From Euglena gracilis (Eukaryota): a DNA stretch of 64,000 nucleotides. A program made the position numbers and the translations under genes. The DNA is taken from positions 14,681,667-14,745,666 of the forward strand of contig CP154954.1 in NCBI GenBank assembly GCA_039621445.1, written 5' to 3'. Below the pieces are notes generated by a model that saw only the letters and a program-made list of their open reading frames with translations, had not been told where the DNA came from and made no database searches. Shown here piece after piece: positions 1-11,359 of this stretch (positions are counted from its first letter, which is position 1; every line of letters starts with the position of its first letter).

Positions 1-6
1 CTCGTG

Positions 7-255
7 NNNNNNNNNNNNNNNNNNNNNNNNNNNNNNNNNNNNNNNNNNNNNNNNNNNNNNNNNNNNNNNNNNNNNNNNNNNNNNNNNNNNNNNNNNNNNN
101 NNNNNNNNNNNNNNNNNNNNNNNNNNNNNNNNNNNNNNNNNNNNNNNNNNNNNNNNNNNNNNNNNNNNNNNNNNNNNNNNNNNNNNNNNNNNNNNNNNNN
201 NNNNNNNNNNNNNNNNNNNNNNNNNNNNNNNNNNNNNNNNNNNNNNNNNNNNNNN
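7..255. other. Assembly gap (N run)
   Basis: 249 consecutive N. Confidence 0.99.
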
Positions 256-640
256 CAAATCACTCTCTGGTGGAAGCACTTGACAATGGCGTGCGGCAAA
301 CCCATGCAAAAAAAAAAAAACGGTCGCTGAGTCTGCGTACTATTTTGCCATATATTACCAAATTGTGTGCAATCCATGCAACCATAAAAAGCAAACCCAC
401 CCGTGGAGGTTGCTACAACCCCAACCTTCGGCTAAACACGGCAGTCGCCTGCACGCCCGCCCGAACAGCTCTGGAGCCCGTCCACTCAACCCGCGCATCG
501 GCACCGCAAGGCAGCGACAGAGTGGAGAGCATTTTGTTGAGAGTATGACTAACCTGGGGGCGGATGGAATGTTGCAAATGCTGTTGTAAGCCAGCAACCC
601 AAAAAGCAAAGCTAATGGCAAAACAACTGAATCAGGGCGA
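256..640 (-). repeat. Long repeat X, copy 0 (fragment, inverted relative to the other copies)
   Basis: Reverse complement aligns by eye with 15884-16222 and with 47005-47080 plus 47725-48072 (shared block GCTCTGGAGCCCGTCCACTCAACCCGC). Confidence 0.9.
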
Positions 641-2871
641 TGATAAATGAACCCCCCCGGGGGGGGTCCAGTTAAGAGGCAGGAAAATTTGGGCTGGGCT
701 GGAAAAAAGCTGCTGGCTGACGGTCCCAGGCTGGAGCTGAGCCTGGACAACTTTTTCCCGACCCATTTTCGCCGACTTCCGTACATCTAAAAGCCAAAAT
801 CTGTTAACGTTTCATTGATGAGGAGAAGGGGGTCCGGGGCTGGAAAAAGGCTGCAGGGAAAAGGCTGCTGGCTGGCTGGACCCTTCGGGGGGTCAAAATT
901 CAAGACCCTTCGGGGGGTCAAAAAAGCAACGTCCTGAACTGAATTATAATGAAAAACAACTACAAATGAATTGAAAATTGTCATATTACCAGAAACAGAA
1001 TTCGAAAAATGAAAAGCCAGAATACACAAATCAAAAAACTGCTTTTGAAGCAACAACAATGCTCCCCTCAACTCCTCCGCGAGCAGCCCCCCCCCCGTCC
1101 GAGCTATTTCCACAATGGGAAGGGAATAGCTCACTGTTATAGCACTTTCATGAAGAAAATCTTAAAACAGTGCTCAAAATTGACCTTTTTTGGAAGGTTT
1201 CAAACATCACTTTTTGGCAAATGTGCTTGGTATTGACCATTTTTTTTGCGAAAATCCAAAAAAAGTTGCCAAAAATAACACCTTTTTGGGCTTTCCCGCA
1301 TCGGGGATGGGGAACATCAACACAACAAAGACATTTATTTTTCAAAATTGTTTCTTCAAAAAAAAGCAATCAATAAACACCAAAAATGCCGCAACAAAAG
1401 AACACGTGACGCAGATTTGAAAAATGATATTGTCGGTTTGCCCAATTGCATTCTTATGCAATTACTGCTGATGGAATTGGTCTAAAAAAACGCGTGCCCC
1501 CAAAAAAGTCGAAAATATGCATTTTTTTAAAAATTATTACGATTTTGGATTCTGCAAAAAAAATGTAAACCATCGCAGTGTAAAAATTTGCACTCCCCCT
1601 TGGTGGGGGTTGGGGTTGCCCAAAATTTCTGACGCTCTGTAAACGGCAGACGATGCGGAAAACCGCTTCCAAAAACAGTTTTTGAAGTTTCTTTAAGAGG
1701 TCCCGATTTCGTCCAATCTCAGTGGATATTTGGCTTGCAGTACCAAAGTCCTATAAAGTCGAAAATACACTCGAAATGACCCATTTTTTTCAAATTGTAT
1801 GAAAATGAACGAAATCGGTAGGGAAAATTCAAAAAAAAAAGGAAATTGTAGATTCACACCTGGTTTCTGCTGTCATCGGCGTGGAAAGAATGCAAAGCCC
1901 ATGCAAGGAGGGGAAAACAGAAAAAAATAGAAAGAAAAGAAGCAAAAACATAGAAGAATAGAAGAAACAGGAAGCGGTAAATATCGCATTCCGCTTTCAA
2001 AAATTGGAGATGTGCAACAGAAAGTGAACACAAGCAATAATATTTGATGTAATCTGGACAAAACATATACATATTTTTCGCAAAACAAAAAGGAAGCGGA
2101 AAACCACTTTCAAAAACATCAGAAAATGTATAGTGTAAAATGGAATATTGATGTACGACTGCAACCAAGCAATATTACATTCAGAAGGAAATGCTGAACA
2201 GTTATAAAAGTAACAGAAACGAGACAAATTCAGCAGTAATTGTATGCATTATCGGAAGGACATAATTGACATACAAGGCTTAAGACAGTCTAAGTGGAAT
2301 GCAAAGCAATACAACACAGAACAATACAGAGCTTCTGCTCCTCTGTCCTCGATCGAAGTGGACGGTTATTTGGAGGTGACGAGGAAATGGTTGTGAAAAA
2401 CACAAGTTAAAGAAGCGGTTTTCCGTTTCCTCAACCCAACAGAATGTTTTTTGGCCAGAAAAAAGTGACAAATTGTGTACATCAGAAGAACCATTGACCA
2501 TCTGAATGGGAAATTACATTACAATCACTGAAATTTGAAACAGCCCAGAGAAGTAAAACTGTGTCATAACAACATTCAACAGTCAGTCTTTACGCATCCT
2601 AAAGCAGAACCCAAAAACAGAGTATTTATTTATGTTCTTGTCTAGGCACTCAGGTGAATATCCGACCATGCCCCCCAGGCACCCTCGATGTCCGTAGCCA
2701 TGCCAAAGAGACACAGAAACAAAACGATCGACACGAGTGTGCTTGGGGTGCGGGTACGTGTGTGATGTTGTCTGGTGTCTGGGATCCGGGGTTCTGGGGT
2801 CACAGTGCGATGACGTTTGTCCCACGCCGGCGGCACCCGCCGCCTGCTGCCACCGCAGCCGCCTTGGCCAC

Positions 2872-3522
2872 TCAGTCCTCGTCAACCATCATCTCCTGGA
2901 TGTTCTCCAGGGCGGACCGCTTCCGCGACACCAGAGAGGCGGTGCAAGCTGGTAACAGAGTAACATCAGACTGAAACCGGAGTTTTGCAGAAAAACCTTT
3001 CGTCGTCCTCATTCTGTAAAGGAAACAAGCAAGGAAAATGTCCAAACAGCATTCAGTCCTGAATGAAAGACATTTTTAAAATAGGTGTAATTTGCAATTT
3101 GGTAACAAAGCGGAAACACATTTCCTCAATAATAAAAAGTAATTATATGAATAATTATTGAATAAAGATGAAAGGCATATATGAATGACTCAATGAACAT
3201 TGTCAAGAACTTTTGCACCACTCCTTGTGCGCCACACGCTCTGGCGGCTCCAGGGACGACTCGGAGTGTCGGGCTGGCTGCGAGGAGGCGGACCCCCGAG
3301 CGCCCTTTTTGAATGTGTCTTTGACCTTTTTGTGCGGCTTGTCTTTGGACTCTTTCTCCTTGGGCTTTTCCTGTGATTCTTTAGTCTCCTTGGATTTGGA
3401 CTCCTTTGCCCCCCCGGCCACCCTGCTTGGGTGGGGGCTCCTCCTCCGTGGGTGATGCCGGGGTCGCCTCCGTCCCCTCTGGAATGAATCCGGAGATGTT
3501 CAGCCAGAGTGGTCCGCAAAAA

Positions 3523-3583
<61 letters not shown>

Positions 3584-4868
3584 CAACAAACAAATTAAAT
3601 ATGCCAAACATTTGAAAAGAAAAAAGTATCAAGTGTAAGTTGTATAGCGGATTTGCATTTCTCAGTTAAAAAGAATCTACTGCTGCACCCACTCCGTCAC
3701 CGGGAGCATGGCCTTCACCCAGGTCTCCTGAGAGGATGAAAACAACCACATCAGAATGAAATTGAAGCGGGGAAACATTTCAAATTATATTCTTGTCTAT
3801 CAACGCATTACCATAATGGACATTATTTTTGTCCATTTAGACATGTTTCTCATCCTCTGCAGGTATTATGATGCCAACACCAAGCACACCAGGACGCTAT
3901 CCACCGTCTCCCAACAGCCCGTCTTCTTGTAAACGGTCTTCAACAGCTCCGTCTTCATCGAGTTGTAGGGCACCCCATGTACTTCAGCGGCCTCCCGGTT
4001 GTAGGTGTCCTCCTTTAGGAGCCAGTGCAGGCGGTCTGCCAGCGTCATGTCCATCACATTCCCGTCCATGTCCTGCAGCCTGCCGGCCAGCTGCTGGCAC
4101 TCCTGTGTGGGTGTTCTCCTTCACCACTTTGCACTGGAACCTCTCCGTGAAGGCCGGGGGCGCATCGGCGATCGCGGCGTCGGCGATGGCTGCCGCGGCC
4201 AGGAAACGATGTTGTCCACTCAGTATGACCCACTTCCCGGCAGCTGTGCAAAGGATGCCACAGAGAAATTTGCATTCACCCACCTTTACGCAAGCAGTGT
4301 ATAAAAACAGGGGGGAAAATGAAGAAATATAAAAGTAATCCGAATCAGTTCTGCATATAATTTGGAGTGAGTGGAAATATCACCTCGGGAAAGCAGACAA
4401 AAACACAGGGAGGTAGGGTGGGCTCCTCTCTCCGGCCACCCAGTGAGCATCAGCTCCTGCGGGAGATTGTTCTTCAGCTCGGTGATGACGTCGTTGACGT
4501 GCTCCTGGCAAGGCCGACGGACCTGCCCCCTGCTCAGGTCATGGTCCACAACCAGTTGCCCGGCTGCAGGGTTACGTCAGTTCTTTCTGGATGAAAATAT
4601 CCATTTTCCAAGTTGATGAAGCGTGCTTCCGTTTCGTTTTGAATCACAAATTATTTTTTTGCCTTGCATCGCAACAATAACTGAAACTTAAAGTTGACAA
4701 CCATGACAATTCAATTGAGCTTCGCATTTCTTTTGTTCAGCAGAAGTGCAGCAACCAATGTAATTTTGTTCCCTCTGCAGCCACATCTCCTCGTCCTCCA
4801 GCAGCTTCGGAACTGACTGTCCCTAGACGTCTCCCTTTGACAACTTCATTGGAGGAATGCGTATTTGT
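2872..4868 (-). pseudogene. Spliced ParB/Sulfiredoxin-fold (GQHR) protein gene with K/E-rich C-terminus; frameshifts and a stop
   Basis: Exon ~4420-4563 reads DHDLSRGQVRRPCQEHVNDVITELKNNLPQELML. Exon from 4243 reads GKWVILSGQHRFLAAAAI (motif 4194-4220, GxxRxxA), then ...QQLAGRLQDMDGNVMDMTLADRLHWLL. Further exon-like blocks at ~3682-3728 (ETWVKAMLPVTEWVQ), ~3220-3510 (KESKSKETKE...) and 2872-2948. Most are preceded by pyrimidine-rich CAG acceptors. Confidence 0.75.
3526..3576. repeat. (CA)n microsatellite
   Basis: Direct reading. Confidence 0.97.
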
Positions 4869-5329
4869 CTGCGGGGACAAACAGAGGACAAATATGGACA
4901 AATATGGATATAATCAACCAATCTCTATGAAATCAAGCTGAAATGAACATAATTTTTTCATTTATTTCGAAAAGGTGTTCTAAAATGCAGCCAAGTAGCT
5001 TTTCCCCCCCACATTTCCAGAGTTGTTTTCACACACACCCTACTTTTAAGTCATTTCCGAAACGCAGCCAAATAGCCTTTTTCCCCTACATTTCCAGTGT
5101 TGTTTTCACACACACCCTATTTTTAAGTCATTTCCCGTACCAAACAGCACCGTCAGTAAAAAAAAAGAGGAATTTTTCTCACCGTGTTTCCTGCCAAGAC
5201 TCAGTAGGTTCTTTTCGGCCTCTGCATTGGGTAGAAGTACGTCATCGTGTGAACCCAGCTTGACCCAAAAGTTGTAGCACGACAGACCACCTCCAAAAGT
5301 CACTGCACCAAGATGCCAGTGACACACCA

Positions 5330-7750
5330 CTGCTACTCTCCGGGTGGACCGTACAGGGACTCCGGCGGCTCGTATATGCTGCTACCCTCCTCCATCTCCC
5401 CCAGTGAGGCTAAAGACTCTGCCACCTCTCCAGCGTCGTTGTCACCGAAGTGGTTCTCCGCTTCCTACATGTCATGCAAGATATTTCCGCTTCATCAGTG
5501 GAGGCAGTGGTGGAATTTCTCCTGCTTCAGCCGTGCTTCTTCTGTGTGCCAAGAAGGTGGAGATGGCCTCTTGTCTTTCCTGCAGAAATTCACACAACCA
5601 ACGTTGTTCTTGAGCCACTCCTCCACGTCCGATGCGAGGCACTGCCCTCGGATGAGGGTCTGCAAAGAATGCCGCAGGACAGGCAGCAGCTGCTCAGTGG
5701 TCATACGTGTTGGAAGAGGTTCGGGTGCCATCCAGGTGGAGAAGTTCTCTGGGTCCAGCAGCCACTGCACGGTGGTGCTGTCCCTCTTTGGAAATGGACG
5801 TTCTCCGGGGCTTCCAACCAAGCCACGCACACGACGTGCCATCTCCTGTACCAACTGCCGCCAAAGGCTACCATGGCTGTGATGAGCCTCTTCGGAGGGG
5901 GCACCAAGGTTCAGGAACAGCTGTAGCGTAACGTCGAAGCTGGTCACGCGCGGGTTCCGCTGGCAGAGGACAGCCTCGACAGCATGACCTCGCAGCCGGG
6001 CAGCCGAGCAGCCGTCACATCCAGTCTTGCCAGACCAGCAGGGCGAGGGAGATGGTCCGCCGGTATTCCGAGGGCGGCCTTCCGGGAGTCATCAGTCGTT
6101 CCAGGTGCATCAGCAGCAGGAGGCATTTCTGCAGCACCAGACGAGTGGTGGTGCCCTTCACCTCGTCCTCCGGTCTCCCCCTCCAGGTACACTGTCGCAC
6201 CTCGTGGCCCAGGTGCAGCAACGCTGGAGAACACCAGGATATTCCACAGCCTCTGCAACAGCTGGTACGGATGCAACCGGAGCATCTCCTGTTGTACAGC
6301 TCGCGTAGTCCCTGAGATTGTCAAGTCCGTCATTTGTGTAGTCAATTGTCAACTGAATTGCAGAAAATTTGTTATTCACATTCACAATTCACCGCCTAAC
6401 AATCAAAGCAAGCGGAAGTCCACTTCACTGCGATTTTGTGCCACTCAGATCGGGGCATGACACACTCGCAAGACAACAGAAGGCTGGCAAACAGCTTCTC
6501 CATGTACAGCACTTTCTAATGGCTCCGCAGACTGCACGTCAGGTGGTGATCACCGGGGGACACTTCCAGGTGGGCCAGGACCGGGAAGAACGCCCGGTAC
6601 ACGATGGCCACCATGTGCTTGTACGCGTGCCAGATACCGCACAGCAGGCCAGATAGCGGGACATGTAGTACCGTGATGCCGATGCGGAGTACAGCAGCTG
6701 CAGGCACTGGTTGTGGATGTTCTCATCCACCACGGAGTCTGGCGCCGAGTCAGGTGCTGCAGGGATTTGGCCGTCTGCAGCACAAGCAGGAGGTCCAGGT
6801 TGGCTGACACCACCTGCTCGGTCAGTGACAGTGGACGCCACTGTCACCGACATGCAGGGACCGCATGTCGGTCCGCCGACATCCAGCGGCACCCTGATCG
6901 TCTTCTCCGTCCGCTGCATCCATCGGATTGACCCACGGCCTGGTGCAGCAGCGGCAACGCAGTACAGCAGGAGGAGGCCACAACTTCCAGGTTGCCGGTG
7001 AGCTCGCTCAGTTCTGGATGTCCTGGAGACACCGGGAAGCTCACGGAACGTGTCCTCATTCCCTGGCACAGCAACACGTTCTCCAGCTGCGGAAATCATC
7101 CCCAGTGAGTAGTACATGTGTTACCTGCCAGGCAATCATTTAGCACCTCAGACCCAAAGATTACCATCAAATTATCATTTGTCGGCAATCCGCTTCATAC
7201 TGCCAAATAGCAAAAATAAATCTTGTTTCTGTATTGCTAAACGTGATATGAAACTCATTTAAATATGGTGATTGTTCATACCCAACCTGTGATTGTATAA
7301 AGTACCCTGCACTGATCCGAAAGCCGTGAGGTTCTGGCTCAGGTTCGGCATCGTTGGGCCTGTTCCCCACCAGCAGCCAGCAGAAGTTGTCCAGCCAGAG
7401 GATGATTTGGTGGTTCCACAGGGAGGATGTTCCGCACATCCGCCGCTGCCCGGGCTGCCACCGGCTCCTCCGTGCGACCCACAATACCGGTGTGTCGCAG
7501 TGTTCCCTGCGTTCCTCTCGGAAGCAGCTGCAGCGTCCGCATGCTGGGAGTGTTCTGCGTCATCGTACTGGGGTCCGCGAAGGGCTGCGCCTGGCGATGC
7601 AACGTACACCACACAGTGTACGTCCCAGTGGCCAACCACCGAGGATGGCGAGACACGACCGCAGGAAGACCTCCCGCACCGCGTCCACTGTGTGAACGCC
7701 GTGAATGGTGTGAACGCCGATTCAGCACCATGCAGCACAGTGCCACTATG
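5330..7750 (-). pseudogene. Spliced DDE transposase, Academ/DUF6589-like; multiple frameshifts
   Basis: Motifs in order on the minus strand: IILWLDNF (D at 7389-7391), SQNLTAF, IRVPLDV, VVDENIH (6713-6733), GIWHAYKH (6615-6638), EYRRTISLALLVWQDW (from 6068), CEVMLSRL (5971-5994). This parallels the DN..D / D / GxxH / Y.R / E order I recall for Academ-type transposases. Not database-verified. Confidence 0.7.
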
Positions 7751-8309
7751 GCTTGGGCCCCTGCCCCTGTGTCACGTCATGAAACAGGTCCCATCCGGAA
7801 CCTGGCTGACCACAATGTAAATAAGCTCGAAGGTCCCGAATGTTCAGGACCAGTTCCACGGACAAAAAAGTGAACACATTATGGCCAAGGAAGAGGATCA
7901 CCGCTTCCTTATTGTAATTTGCAAACCTGGAACTCTAGAGACATAAAAAAAAGTTTATCTGTTTATGTATGAAGCAGTTTTACGCTTCATTTGAATGCTA
8001 CTGGTGGTTTTTTAGGTGCTGTTTGGCAAGTGTACCTTGATTTCAGAAACAACAGGTGCAACATGGCATTGGTTTTTTTAATTGGCTCATCCGGAGCACG
8101 ATGCAAGGTAAAATCCTTCCCAAAACACAAGTACCCGGGAATTTACCATGAATTGGTGTGGATGGTGGAACAGCCGCCGAAACGTTCAGTAAAATCTTTG
8201 CGAGACAGAAGCGTAGGGTTGGTTTCGGTAATTTTTGTTTGTTTTTTTCTGCAAGCGGAAAAACGCTTCCCTGAAACTCGCATTTCGAAGTAATACGCGT
8301 ATTTTGTAT

Positions 8310-9750
8310 TTTGTTCCAACCGCGCGTGGTCGCTGTCGTTACTCCAACCTGCATGACCGCCTGCGTGACCACAGTCACCACCTCCCCTGCGGCTGCTGAC
8401 GTGATCACTGTTACTACCTGTATCTTGATCTCAGTGTATACGTGCTGTGCCAACTTCCCTGTGATGAGTGACAGGGACACCAGGAAAACTGCTTTTGGTA
8501 TATACTGGTGCTGTAAAAAATGCGCACAAGCCATCTTGATGATCCCGACTGCCTGCGTGATCACAGTCATTACCCTCATATACGGCTTCATATCGAAGCG
8601 GATTCCCACTGCCTGTGAAAGCAAAAAGTAGACCCGCATTGGTGTGGCACAGCAGACATTGTGTGGAAGGGGTGGGCAGTCCCCGCCGCACAGGGTCCGT
8701 GCCCACAGCCAGTCCGGTCCGCTGAGGCCATGCCTGTAAACTGAATGTGTGTTGTTTGGGCAGTTTAGTATTTTGTGGTCACAGCGCTTGGTATGAACAA
8801 TCAAAATCGCGTTTCAAGTTGTAGGTGAATCAGTTTTCCGCTTCATTTTTTCGATTTATAAAACAAATGTACAAGTAAAAATAAAGTGATGGTAAAAGCT
8901 CCTCGAAGTTCACGGTTGCGGAGGATTTCTCATGGACTCGATGAATTCTGTATGGAATGCTTAGAAACATACACAATTTGCTGTGGACTGATTTCGCTTG
9001 TGGCCCACCGCGCGTATTTACTCAACTATGCACCTGGAGAAGAACAATGTGACCATGATGTTTTGACAGTGCTTGATACTGGTAAACAATTGTGTACTTT
9101 GTGAGTAACATTTCAATATAATTGTTCGCCAGTTACAGAGGAAGCGGAAAAACACCTCTTGTTCAGTTTACTGCTGTGTTTTGTGTTGATCCGGAAAGGG
9201 ATTGGATTGAAATGTTGTTAACCGTTCAACGATTGATTGAAACAGAAAGTGCACTCAGCATTCTTCAGCACGTATTGTAGTTTGTGAATCCAGAACAACG
9301 GGGAGCCTGGACTGTACGCCTGCCCGGTCCAGCGAAAGCCGTAACCGAACCCCTGGCGACCATGCACCGTTCAGGGGTATGGGGAAGTGAAATGGACCCG
9401 GTCCAGCCTGTCCCCTTTTTTGTTTGCAATTCAGCGTCATTTGGCACCACATTTGTGTTTCTTACTGTTTCATTACGCAGAAAACCGCTTCCTCAGCCGT
9501 ATATGACCTATTTTTCATCGACCTACGAATGTGTCTCGCACACCAATCAACCGCTAAACTGCTGAGTGCACCGTCAACCCCGAAGGTGAGTGACCGGTGC
9601 ATTTCAGGTACAAGATGATTTTGTCTACGGTAGTGCAAGGCGGGGAGCCACGGGGCTGCCGGGTGCCTGCTTCCGCCGCATGCGGCTCTGGCAGCCAACA
9701 GGTATACCCGACACCGACGGTGGCCAACGTCGGTGTCAGCGAGAGTTAAT
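8310..9750 (-). pseudogene. Possible 5' exons of the transposase gene or another cargo gene
   Basis: GC-rich blocks between AT-rich spacers, some after CAG acceptors: ~8635-8733 (TQCLLCHTN), ~9290-9410 and ~9600-9750. No family motif recognised. Confidence 0.3.
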
Positions 9751-10243
9751 GACAAAGGATGAACGTGGTCTCTCCTCTTTTTCAATTTGCAATGATGTGT
9801 TTCTCTTAATGTTGGTGCTGTTCTGTTTTCAGCAATATCATGTGTTGCAGTATCCGTGAAGCGGTATTCCGCTTCGTTGCTTCGTTGTGGTTTATGCTTT
9901 ATTTTGCCATTATATTTGTTGGTAAGTAGTGTACATAGCAAAACTAGTTAAAGCCACTTAGTACCTATCTATCTGTTTCTAAGGTGTTTATTGGGGATGT
10001 TTGTATGCTTACAGACATATTTGCTACTATCTTTTAGTGTTACGTATTTCTTTCTGATTTTACATTAAAATATATTTTAAAATTCATTGAAGCGTTTTTC
10101 CGCTTCATCGACTCCATCGTCGTATACGTGTAAAAACTTTCTTCGTCCAGTGCAATTTAAAAAATTTGACCGTTTTTGAGAACAATTTTACCGGTTTCTG
10201 GAATGCAGTCAAAATTTTCATGGGCAATTTACACCGCTTCAAA

Positions 10244-11328
10244 TTGAGGTGAAAACCCCAAAAACAACCATTTTTGGCCATTTTGGACCCTTTTCATCAA
10301 TTTTTTTTTCACGTTACAGGCCGGTTTTCATTGGCCTGCTGAGGTTTTATTGCCACTCACCCCCCTGGGGGGCGTCCACTATCCGACTGGCAGGTGTTTG
10401 CTGGAAAAACAGTTCTCCCAAGGGGGTAGGGGTCCACCTTAAGAAATTCCGGGCGTAGATTTACGACGCGGCTGAATTAATCAAAAAAGTCATTAAATTG
10501 AATTATCGAACATTCAAAATATTGTGTGCCTAAAAAAGTAGAGAGCATGGCGCATTCTCATTCTCTGACAAATTCCCAGAGCTCTGATGGCCAAAAAATG
10601 AACGAGAATGTCACAAGCATCATTGTGTGGTTTTGAAGCATGATTGTTTTGTGTTGGCACACCCTGCTTAATTATTTGCTGGCTGGATTCAGAATGAACA
10701 ATGGAACTATCAGGAGCCATGTAAGGGACCACATGCACAGTAGTCTAGGGCTGCTGAAGCTCTTGCAATCCCATCACCGCCAGTTGGCCGTCCAAGTCGG
10801 CAGAACTTTTGCAGAAAGTTGGTGCGGTGTATTTAGGTGCATTTAATGACATTTGAACTCCAAGCTTCCAAGCCAAAACACCCTTGTTGGGTTTTATACC
10901 AATTTTATAAATATTTCATAATTATCATATTCCCGGGCTCTGGGTTTCTAGATTCTAGGTCCAATCCATCTGAAATCCAATTTTCCCCTGTTTTCTTTTT
11001 ATCTTTTATGCCAAACAGGGCTCCTGGTTTCAAAGTGCCAAGCTGTTTTGGTTGACCCAGTGCGATTGAACCCAATGTGTGTGATTGAGCATGCAACTTT
11101 TTAATACACCACCGTTGTGTGACGAAAAAAATTGCCTTCCCCCCTTTTTTGGTGGTTCTAGTAACGCGTCTCGGTCTTGGTTTCTTTCTGTATTTTTTTT
11201 TGTAGAATTTCGCCAGGCAAAAAATTCATTACAGCAAAGTGCGAAACGTTCGATGAGTCATCCCCACTTTATTGTTCCGAAAAAGCAAGGGCTCTTCAAG
11301 TGTGCGTGTGTATGTGAGTATGAGTGTG

Positions 11329-11359
<31 letters not shown>

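Larger units (their letters stand above)
1615..10240 (-). mobile_element. Degenerate large DNA transposon (Academ/DUF6589-like) carrying a ParB-like gene; ends approximate
   Basis: Contains the transposase and ParB-like pseudogenes below. The 18-bp palindrome occurs throughout and stops at the same limits. Weak inverted similarity between 1615-1680 (TTGCCCAAAATTTCTGACGC...CAAAAACAGT) and revcomp of ~10168-10228 (TTGCCCATGAAAATTTTGACTGC...CAAAAACGGT). Repeat X copy 1 starts abruptly at ~10244. Confidence 0.6.
1652..10240. promoter_or_regulatory. Dispersed 18-bp palindrome array, consensus GAAGCGG-N4-CCGCTTC (~20 copies)
   Basis: Clear copies start at 1652, 2093, 2412, 3107, 3764, 4618, 6409, 7890, 7971, 8252, 8827, 9141, 9474, 9858 (perfect arms) and 10089. 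Degenerate or half copies at 1971, 3644, 7179, 8595 and 10223. Function inferred only. Confidence 0.85.

Noticed and set aside
1652-10240. Palindromes as CRISPR repeats or terminators
   Set aside because: Spacing is irregular (80 bp to >1 kb), copies are degenerate, there are no cas genes and no consistent U-tract, and the context is eukaryotic.
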